NCBI GenBank assembly: GCA_043228905.1
Contig: JBHGNT010000022.1
Span: 3,100,001 to 3,164,000, forward strand
Reading direction: 5' to 3'
DNA: 64,000 nucleotides
Source of the DNA: Azolla caroliniana
Lineage: Eukaryota > Plantae > Polypodiophyta
The translations under genes were made by a program, and so were the position numbers. The notes beneath the pieces are model-generated. The model did no database searches and was not told the DNA's origin. It saw only the letters and a list, made by a program, of their open reading frames with translations. Positions 53,505 to 64,000 of the stretch are shown in pieces (positions within the stretch are counted from its first letter, which is position 1; each line of letters opens with the position of its first letter).

Positions 53505-54090
53505 TTTTCCACCAAATCGAGGCGGCATTGGAGGTTCCTTCCACCAAATCGAGGCGGCATATCCAACGCTCCCTCCACCATTGGAGGTTCCTTCCACCAA
53601 ATCGAGGCTGCATATCCACGCTCCCTCCACCATTGGAGGTTCCTTCCACCAAATCGAGGCGGCATATCCAACGCTCCCTCCACCATTGGAGGTTCCTTCC
53701 ATCCATTTTTTTATTTTCAGTACTAAAATGTTTCATTTCTTCATATTTCAGTACTAAATTTTTAGAATTGACATTTGCCATATTTGATATGTAATTCTAA
53801 TGTTTGAAACAAAATATTTCTCACGTTGCAGGCCACATTTAAAAACATTTGATTGTGTTTTCTTGGTTGAGTCTATATATCCACGCTCCCTCCACCATTG
53901 GAGGTTCCTTCCATCCATTTTTTTCATTTTCAGTACTAAAATGTTTCATTTCTTCATATTTCAGTACTAAATTTTTAGAATTGACATTTGCCATATTTGA
54001 TATGTAATTCTAATGTTTGAAACAAAATATTTCTCACTTTGCAAGCCACATTTAAAAACATTTAATTGTGTTTTCTTGGTTGAGTCTATA
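53505..54090. repeat. About 53-bp tandem repeat (about 3.5 copies) plus a 212-bp tandem duplication
   Basis: aaatcgaggc at 53514, 53546, 53599, 53651; block about 53667-53877 repeated at about 53878-54090. Confidence 0.9.
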
Positions 54091-54146
54091 TAACATTAAC
54101 TACTTTCGCAAGACACTTAATTTTTGTGGATAAATCTAGTGACCGA

Positions 54147-57100
54147 ATGGGGGTTCCTAACGAGAGTGAGTTGTCAAGTAACTCATGCATATCTGAAAGG
54201 ACTAAGAGACGAGTGGTTCTTCACATAGTTCGTTATTTGGTAGAAATAACGAAGAGATTTAGTGAAGAGGATCGTAGGGATATTATTTGTAGAGTGTTAC
54301 ACCATCAAAGTTTGAATGAAGACATGGAGAGAATAAAATTTAGGGACCAATGTGTTTCAGAAGAGATTGTGGAGTCTATGAAGTCATCCCTAGACTTAGT
54401 GAAAGGTGTAGAGAGCTTAGACAAACTTGCTGCAAAGAGGGCAGCCCTACACATGGTTGTGAATGGTGCAAGAGAAAAAAAATATAGTGATACTAAAGTT
54501 GCCTTAGCCCTGGGTATTCAAAGAAGGAACTTGAGGAAACATCGCCGAAATATACACTCAAGCAAATTCAAGTGGCTGGGGTCGGGACGTAGACGACGAT
54601 GTGATGCCTTATCTCAAGAGATTATTGAGAAAGTGGATTCATTTTGGGCCAAAAATACGCGTGTCTCACCAAATAAGAAGGACGTGTGTAGACAACGAAT
54701 AAGTCAGGGTAAGTACCAGATTCACCCTAGACACTTCTTGGAGATGACAGAGGTATTCCATTTTTTTATATCAATTCACATTCCATAACTTTGTGTTTTG
54801 ACCAAGTGTATATTAATGTTTGCTATATATATTGGTTGATGTAGGCTGAATTGTACATGAACTTTAAAGACCAACATCCAAGCTTGACTGTCGGATTCCG
54901 CAAGTTCCAAGGTTTGAAACCATTTTATGTTAGAAAATTAAATGAGAGGAATACATGTTGTTGTGTGTACCATGTGAAGATGGACATGTTAAGGGTTTCT
55001 GTGAATGCAATGCGTACTGATTCTAAGGGTATACATGGGGAATTATGTGTCTGCACTTGTGAGATTTGTAGACCAAATGGGGAGGATAATAGGTGTAATG
55101 CACGAAACATGACTTATGCATCCGTTTCTGAGCTATGGAGGTCTTGTGTTTGTGAAAAAGAACCATCATGTGAGTGGCATCGTCGTACATGTCTATTAAG
55201 AACATGTAAGGTTTGTCCACTACCATTATTTTGTAGGCAGGAGCTTGATATGGGAAATAGTCATATCGTGAAATGGAAATATTTGGAGTATGTGACTGAA
55301 AATATTGGCAAGGGAGTTGTAACTAAGCGTATCAAGGAAGTATATAAGGAGACATGTGCTGCTACCCTTGTCTCAGAATTTAAGAAACAACTTGGGGAGT
55401 TTATTCCACATAACTTCCGGAGTTATTGGCAAAATTCACAGTTCAAGGAATGTATTAATAACTTACCAACGGGTGTCATTGTATCCGTTATTGATTTTGC
55501 AGAAAACTATACATTTAAAGTTCAAAATGAGGTTCAATCAATGCATTGGTACAATGATCAATGTACAATACTTGTACATATTTGCTATTGGAGGCAAGAC
55601 GGTGAGTTACATAAGAAATCAATATTTTACATTTCAGATGATAAAAAGCATGATACACTATTTGTTCAACATTGTTTTAAGCTTCACCATGCAGATTTAT
55701 TTTCTCTAGGGTTAACCTTTAACCGTCATTGGGTTTGGTCTGATGGTGCTGCCTCGCAGTTTAAGGCGGCACGATCGTTCTACTTTATCGCCAGGTAATT
55801 TTTAATCCATATGTTTAATACTTATCATGCAATGTGTAAGGAAGTAAATCTTGTGTTAGTGGATGCATACTAATTATGTTTGTAACTATTAACAAACAGT
55901 ACTAGTCACATCGATGCATACTAATTATGTTTCTAACTATTCGAATCTTGCACTTGTGAATGGATGCATGCATACTAATTTTGTTTGTATTATGTTGTAC
56001 TAAGTAACTTTTAATCCATGTGAAGTGTTCTCCATAGACACATTGTACTATGTTGTGTGTTGGTTCTGTACTATGTTGTGTTTACAAAAGGATGTAAAGT
56101 ACTCATCTTGTACTCATAGTATTGTCCGTCCTTAAGAGAATTGTACTAAGTATCGATTAATCCATGTGAAGGGTTCTCCATAGACACATTGTACTATGTT
56201 GTGTGTTGGTTTTGTACTATGTTGTGTTTACAAAAGGATGTAAAGTACTCATCTTGTACTTATAGTATTGTCCGTCCTTAAGAGAATTGTACTAAGTATC
56301 GATTAATCCATGTGAAGGGTTCTCCATAGACACATTGTACTATGTTGTGTGTTGGTTTTGTACTATGTTGTGTTTACAAAAGGATGTAAAGTACTCATCT
56401 TGTACTTATAGTATTGTCCGTCCTTAAGAGAATTGTACTAAGTATCGATTAATCCAGGTGAAGGGTTCTCCATAGACACATTGTACTATGTTGTGTTTAC
56501 AAAAGGATGTAAAGTACTCATCTTGTACTTATAGTATTGTCCGTCCTTAAGAGAATTGTACTAATTATGTTTTAATCCATGTGAAGGGTTCTCCATAGAC
56601 ACATTGTACTATGTTGTGTGTCCTATCTGTACTATGTTGTGTTTACAGGAGGATGTAAAGTACTCATCTTGTACTCATAGTATTGTCCGTCCTTAAGAGA
56701 ATTGTACTAAGTATCGATTAATCCATGTGAAGGGTTCTCCATAGACACATTGTACTATGTTGTGTGTTGGTTTTGTACTATGTTGTGTTTACAAAAGGAT
56801 GTAAAGTACTCATCTTGTACTTATAGTATTGTCCGTCCTTAAGAGAATTGTACTAATTATGTTTTAATCCATGTGAAGGGTTCTCCATAGACACATTGTA
56901 CTATGTTGTGTGTTGTATTTGTACTATGTTGTGTTTACAGGAGGATATAAAGTACTCATCTTGTACTCATAGTATTGTCCGTCCTTAAGAGAATTGTACT
57001 AAATCAGTATTTACTCATGTTGTACTCATAGTATTGTACTCATCTTGTACTCACCAAAGCAGGTATTTCTCCTTATTCAATATTCGTATGCAATGGAATT

Positions 57101-57948
57101 ACTTCGGGTCTGGACATGGAAAAGGAGAGCATGATGGCACGGGGGCTGTGATCAAACGTGCCCTTACAAGTGAGCAGTTGGATAATAATGGCGCTAAGTT
57201 ACAAAATGCACATGATGTTGTGTAGTGGCTAACATGGAAGATGTCAAATGATGGTAAGAACAGATTGTTTGTTGAAGTTCGCGCTGATGAGGTCGATAGA
57301 ACTAAATCATATGGTTGTAAAACCGTGAAAGGCACACGCAGCACCCATTGTGTGTTAGGGTTTAGCCGCAAGGACACAACCCAATTGTTACTCCGTAGTT
57401 TATCATGCTTTTGTTCCATGTGTCTAGATGAAGCTTGGGATAAATGCATCAACCTATCAATCGTGGAGCCCTGGAAGCTGCAGAAGCTTGAGCCTGAACT
57501 ACAAGATGATATTGAAGAGGATGTGCATTCAAACGATATTGTATACTACAACCAAAATCAAGACTTGGCAGTTTTATTGGAAGTTGGAGATCATTTTGTA
57601 GTGCTCAAATATTCTCAGAATGAAGATTTAGAAGACTACTACATTGTGGTGTGCAAGCAAGGAAAGACATTATTGAAAGAAGTGGTGAGGGATGGTTGGG
57701 GCAACAATTTCAACGTTGGTGAGTCTATCGTGTATGGAAACTATTATGCAAAGTTGCCGCAGTGCAAGAACACATATGCATTACTAAAAGAAGCACCCAT
57801 CGCAATAATCTACGCTGATGCCATTCTTGCGATCAAATTCAATATGACTCAAGCAAAGCACAAGGTTAAGGGATACAACACTGTCTACAAGGTCCCCCAA
57901 GAGGTTCATGAGCATATATTAGGGGAGGTCTCTCTATTTAATGCTTGA
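54147..57948 (+). pseudogene. Sola(2)-like DDD transposase; exons about 54147-54752, 54845-55794, 57063-57948; one in-frame TAG at 57223
   Basis: Cys-rich N-terminal region, VIDFAENY, QSMHW, WSDGAASQFK, FGSGHGKGEHDG, SCFCSMC; GT-AG introns in phases 0 and 2. Family assignment is from recalled motifs. Confidence 0.8.
56013..57000. repeat. 146-bp intronic tandem repeat, about 7 units (one of 123 bp)
   Basis: aatcca unit starts at 56013, 56159, 56305, 56451, 56574, 56720, 56866. Confidence 0.95.
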
Positions 57949-58093
57949 AAGTCACCCTATCAATACATTGTACTAGAAAACTGAAAAACATCCACTTGGA
58001 GTTCACTATTAATTTTGATGATTGACAAATGAATTGATATATTTCGTCTTTCTTCCAAAGGGTTTATGCCTCTCAACCACTTGTACTTATCTT

Positions 58094-58980
58094 TCATAAT
58101 ATATTAGTTGTTATCAACAGGACTTGGATTTCTTCATTGCCGATATTGCTCATGTTTCCTGATGTTATTTGAGCATAGGAGTTTTGCAGAGTTGGTGTGT
58201 CCTCTGTTGGCACATAAATCTGCTCTTCTTTTGCTACCAAGAGAAGATTGTTAGTTGAATTCATTAAAGACTTTAATATTGTAAGATTTTCTACTGTAAG
58301 TTCATTTTTCAAAGGGGGCGATGAATTCTGTGAAGACAACAATGAAAATTATTCTCTCAGAATCCTTTTTTGTTTCATGATATGTCCTGTGAAGCCATCT
58401 GAGTTTTTACTTCTTGTATATAAGTCCTGAATATCCAGGCTATGGATTTTAAAGTACAAACCTTCCTTTCCTTAACAAAATAATCCAACTTCTGAAACAA
58501 TAATTTGTGATAGCTCAAAAAGGTAAGTGTTTCCTTACTACTGTTAGTGGATGATTCATCCTTTGGGATGATATCATCAAAATATGGCCCACATTGCTTC
58601 AACAATTTGCACACATTCTGGTTACCGTCCAAATGGGATTGATGAAACAGTCTATACTTCAGGATATCTTCAATAACACCCGATACCCGATATTTTCTGT
58701 TTCTCATCATCAACACCTAAAAACCTAAATTTTCCTAGCAAGCTAAGAAGACTTTCAAGCATTTTATCTACAATAGACTGAAAGACTTTGCGAGGATTAG
58801 GAGATGATCTCAAAAAAGAAACAAAACGTTGTAAAATAAGAATACTTAGATCAAAAAGTATATTCCCATTGTTTTTGATATATGTTGATGAGCAAAATAT
58901 AGAAGCAATCCTTAAACATGAACTTGATTTCACACTGGTATAACTATTTCAGATTCATGAACTGGATTTTTTACATTGGC
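58094..58980 (-). pseudogene. Possible frameshifted ORF remnant of unknown function
   Basis: Three adjacent or overlapping minus-strand ORFs in different frames; no recognisable motif. Confidence 0.25.
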
Positions 58981-59062
58981 AATTGAAACAGTATTTTGGT
59001 ATCCAAATAGTTCAATTTCAGACATCACTAACAACTAAAGTTCAAGTACAATCGAAAGACAA

Positions 59063-62000
59063 TCAGGCACTAGAGGGTAACTTGGCCGATCTTGTAATGC
59101 GCTTGTTGTTGGTGCCAGATTTTTCTGATTTTACATTCTTCTTTATCTTAAAGCCTTTAGGTATGAGCTGACTAAGTGGCACTTCATCATCAGAGGCATC
59201 AGAGACAGGCGTGGATGCGCGGGCACCTTGTACTGGTGGCAAGCTTGAGAGAGCAACTATGTTTTCTGCAACTGCAATGCTTGTACACAAATCCACAAAG
59301 GTGCTGTCGATAGACAAATTATCACTCATCTCCTGAATGCTTGTACTCCTAGCGATCTTTATTGCCCTATCATCATCACCGATGCCTATACACTCGTTCT
59401 TATTAGACTCCTGTATGTGGACCGTGGCAGTAGTCATGGTCAACTCCTCTTGTACGATGGATGTCACCTCATTCTTAAGACAACGTTGTTCGCTCTGAGT
59501 ACAATCAGGCCCACCTTCATTAGTAACGTTGTTCACTCTACACTCCTCATGGGATTCTGTACAATCAGGCTTATCTTCAGGGAAAGCGATGTTCTTTCCA
59601 CGATCCTCATGGGCTTCACAAGACACTACTAGCACATTCTCAGTACAATCAAGCTCCTCTTCATTACTAGCAATGTTCTTTCCATGATCCTCATGGGAAT
59701 CTTTAGATAGTACTAGCACATTATCAGTACAATCAGTCTTCTCTTCAGCACTTGCCACATTATCAGTACAATCAGTCTTCTCTTCAGTACTTGCCATATT
59801 CTTTCCACACTCTTCATGGGCTTCAATCTTCTCTTCAGTACTTGCCATATTCTTTCCACACTCATAGGCTTCTTTAGACATAGTGTTGTTTGTACATGCC
59901 AGCTGCTCTTCACATATGAATGCTTCGTTTTTCTCACAATCCTCATGTGTGGAAGATGTGCTTCTAGAGTCTGGCTCCTTGCAAAGGTTAATTTGATTCT
60001 GACTCTGATGGGAATCTGATTCTGCACTTGTGCTCCATGAAGTTCCCGATTCATTTGATTGCAGTTGGGAATCAGACTGCTCTTGTAAACCTAATTAATG
60101 GGATTCCAAAGAATATTGGTATGAACTCACATACTCAAAAGTTTGCAAACAATGAACATAGGGTTTAGGGTCACATTTTTACCTAATGTTACATCGTCAT
60201 ACTGTACAGCCGTAGATACCCCATTGCAAGTGGTGGGCTCGGTCATCTTCTCCACAACATCTAGGTGCTCAACAGTGTTGTTATGATCTATAATAACAAC
60301 AAGAATAGGGTTGTTATGAGCTAAATCATTGTTTTCAAAGTCTGGCTTTTGACGTGTACCTGGGAGTGTGATAAATTCGTCTTCATGATCAGGTTTTGGA
60401 CTCGTATCTCCGTCACCAAATATCATTTCATCATCAGCTAGTAACACAAGTACATGGTATTAGACAATGGATTAGGTTGACAATGCTCCAGACAGGTGAG
60501 AACTTATATGACTCACCATTGCATTCAACTTTGCCTTTCTTGCCGTTTCCATACAACATTCTTGCAGCATTTCTCTTCTTACTGGGCTCTATTTGTAAAG
60601 AAACTGCATTTCTCTTCTTAGTGGGCTCTATTTCTTGATGTTGACCGGAGCTTGGGGAATTTGTTTGTAGAAGCATATGTTCCACTGCTCCAATGGCCCT
60701 TCTCATACATTCATCCTCATCATAAAAATCATAGGTTATTGGTAATGATGGTCCCTGAACCTTGGAATGTGCAGCAGATATTGAGGGTTTAGGCACAGGG
60801 GCTGGTTGTTCCATTACCTTCCCTGGCGTGGAGTTGCTTGACACTACAACATTCATTGCAAGAAACAAAAAAACCTTGAATGTTAGTACCATCATCTAAA
60901 ATATATAATGTAGGTCACAAGAGCTGCTTCCCATTTTACACAATGTACCAGTCATGAACAATGTACTACTCACATAGTTCCTAAATTATTGAACTAGTAC
61001 TAATAAGGAACACTGTACTGCTCACTTAGTTCCCAATTTACACGATTAGTACTAATCATGCACAATATACACAAGTAGTACTAATCATGCACAATATACT
61101 ACTCACTTAGTTACCAAATTACACAAGTACTAATCCCGAAAAATGTACCATTGACTAAGTCAAATTAATAAGTAGTACTAATCTTGAACAATGTACTACT
61201 CACTTATTTCCTAAATCACTGAACTAGTACTAATCCCGAACAATGTAGTAGCTCACTTAGTTCCCAATTTACACAAGTAGTACTAATCATGCACAATATA
61301 CTACTCACTTAGTTAGCAAATTACACAAGGAGTACTAATCCCGAACAACGTAATGCTCACTTACTTCCCAATTTACACAAGTAGTACTAATCATGCACAA
61401 TATACTACTCACTTAGTTAGCAAATTACACAAGGAGTACTAATCCCGAACAATGTACTGCTCACTTAGTTCCCAATTTACACAAGTAGTACTAATCATGC
61501 ACAATATACTACTCACTTAGTTAGCAAATTACACAAGGAGTACTAATCCCGAACAATGTACTGCTCACTTAGTTCCCAATTTACACAAGTAATACTAATC
61601 ATGCACAATATACTACTCACTTAGTTACCAAATTACACAAGGAGTACTAATCCCGAACAATGTACTGCTCACTTAGTTCCCAATTTACACAAGTAGTACT
61701 AATCATGCACAATATACTACTCACTTAGTTAGCAAATTACACAAGGAGTACTAATCCCGAACAATGTACCACTGACTTAGTCAAATTACACAATTAGTAC
61801 TAATCCTGAACAATGTACTACTCAACAATGTACCACTGACTTAGTCAAATTACACAATTAGTACTAATCCTACAAAATGTACTACTCACTTATTTTCTAG
61901 ATTACTGATCTAGTACTAATAAGGTACAAAACTAGTACTAATAAGGAACAAAGTACTACTCAGTTCCCAAATTACAAAACTAGTATTAATCATGAGCAAT

Positions 62001-63968
62001 GTACTAGTAACTTAGTTCACAAAGTACAGAACTAGTACTAATCATGAACCATGTAGTACTTACTAAGTACTAATCCAACAAATGTAGATTGGTATTTTGC
62101 ACACAAGTAATACTAAACATGATATGTCTTCTACACACCTAGTTACATAACTTGTACTAATTACACCAACAGTATTAATCTTGAACAATATTAGTACTAA
62201 ACGTGATATGTGTTTGACACACCTCATTTCCAAATTACAATAATTGTACTATTATTCAACAATTTACTATACACCTTGTTCCCAAATTACATTACTAGTA
62301 CTAATTCCCAAGTTACACAAACAATCTTAACAGTCAACAGTGTACTATAAGTATAGTGTTTACTAAACTAATACTAGGCAAGTTGCAATATAGATTGGAC
62401 GATGTTGTACCTGGTTCGTTTTAGTACTACTAATTGTGGAAAATATCCCTTCAACTACACATACCAATTATATATTAAGAGTACTGCCAATACTAACCCA
62501 CATAATTAGGGTTCCACATAATAGTTGTTAAAGATTACACTAAATTTGAAGTATGAATTGTGGCATACACTAGTTCTAGTCCAAATGTTAATTGACATCA
62601 TATAATACAAACAATAGAATAGTAGAGCCACATACCGTACGGGTGTACTTTTAAACCCCAAGCATAGTACCACTCAGCCGCAATTGTAGTTTTACAGTCC
62701 ATACATGTATTCTCTTTCTCAAAATGATACTTAGCACATAGCACATGATATGTGTGCAAGCATGGTGTAATCACAACATCCATAGCCTCCAGCTTGAATC
62801 CGAGGCCACAAAATATACACCTGGAAGATTGCAAACACAAGTTATAATATATTAGTTGCTCACTTATTTATACCAAAGAAGTAGAAATAAATAACTTTTA
62901 AAGCCAATACCGTGATATAGCTATACTAATAATGGTACTTTCTATACCACTTGGGTGCTCAATTACAGATGGACACAAAGTATCAAAACCATTTTGTTTT
63001 AAATCCTGCATCAAGCATGCAAGGTTCTCAGAATGCAACTTTAAGGCTGACAACTTATTATCTATTTCTTCATGTGCATTCCTGCAAGTATCAAGGTCTC
63101 TCATCTGTGAACCTAATTGAGTGCCCATATTGTTTAGCTCTTTCTTCAACTCCTCTTTCAACACCTCACTTTCTGAATTTTGGATTGTCGATGCAATCCA
63201 TTCATATGTAGTTTTTATTGAAGAAAATTTCTTTTCTGCCTGTATCTCAGCTGATTTAACTGCTTCCAAATCAGCAAGTAGTGTTTGTATTCTTGAGCTC
63301 ATAGAAGCTATGCAACCGGCCATCATCTGTTCATGCTTTTCAGTCATTGTGGCCCGTACCTTTGCCTCTAGAACTTGGTGGATAGGTGTTATAGCTAGAA
63401 TATCCACATGAGAGGTTCCAGATGACTTCAAGCCAGTGTTGGTACTGGAGGACCCTTTGTAATGTTCTGACCGGTGCCGATTAAAATCTTCCCAATTTAC
63501 GTCAATGCCACCTTGAACTTCACATGCAAAAGCACGTGCAAAAACAGTACCCACCTCATTGTTAGTGATTTGATTTGTATCATAAACATGTTCGTATCTC
63601 GTCTTCAATAAATTCATGTATTCCCTCTTCAAACCACTTATGTGGAATCCTCGCCTTGTGTCGGGATGTGCTGACCCCCAGGTTTTTAACAACCACTCTC
63701 TCAGCTCTGGATACACGTCAGGTCGTGCTCGAAGGAAATAATTCCATCCAAGAGGTGTGTCTCGACTGATGGAGTGGTACATCTTCTTTCTATGTGTTGA
63801 TGAATTCATCACCCTTTCTCTTGTGGGTGTCTTCTTGCTTTCTTTCATGGGTGTCCTTCTTCCTTCCTTCACTGGTGTCTTCACTTTCTCTTTCATCAAT
63901 GTCTTCTTTATGGGTGTCCTTCTCGTCATTGTCCTAGTCAACACAATTCTCAGGGAATGAATATGCAT
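59063..63968 (-). CDS. RING-H2, coiled-coil and acidic-repeat protein of about 950 aa; exons 63968-62911, 62820-62636, 60843-60517, 60437-60183, 60090-59063 (5' end uncertain)
   Basis: Four GT-AG introns with matching phases (2,1,1,1); 2853 nt open; C-x2-C-x15-C-x-H-x2-H-x2-C-x10-C-x2-C in exon 2. Confidence 0.8.
60950..62060. repeat. 104-bp (2 x 52) intronic tandem repeat with degenerate flanks
   Basis: tcatgcacaatatac at 61287, 61391, 61495, 61599, 61703. Confidence 0.92.
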
Positions 63969-64000
63969 GTACTAGAAGAAAACTCAAGCAATTACCATCA

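Larger units (their letters stand above)
52979..64000. mobile_element. Large Sola-like DNA transposon; right end lies beyond the window
   Basis: Abrupt truncation of a Gypsy LTR at about 52975; transposase gene; shared GTACT-rich repeats throughout. TIR and TSD cannot be verified here. Confidence 0.55.

Noticed and set aside
57223-57225. Programmed readthrough of the TAG in the transposase
   Set aside because: More simply a single nonsense mutation (e.g. CAG>TAG); no supporting context.

Overview
Eukaryotic land-plant nuclear DNA (probably a non-seed plant; this is inference), mostly nested transposons. Left: a complete 7-exon LSM4 gene (-), then a (GA)/(GT) microsatellite zone holding two minus-strand LINE remnants, a degraded full-length L1 split by a Copia solo LTR, and a hAT-like MITE. 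Middle: nested Gypsy and Copia elements around a roughly 58-unit tandem array of tRNA-Leu(AAG) genes and pseudogenes (about 140-bp period, with higher-order repeats). A full-length Copia sits in one anticodon loop of this array. A very young Gypsy with near-identical LTRs sits inside a related antisense Gypsy. Right: a large Sola-like DDD DNA transposon with a spliced transposase (one nonsense codon) and a convergent, apparently intact 5-exon RING-H2 gene of about 950 aa; both carry intronic satellites. Best leads: the tRNA satellite, the RING-carrying Sola-like element, and antisense tRNA-like Pol III cassettes inside several Gypsy LTRs. All coordinates, counts and splice models were read by eye.
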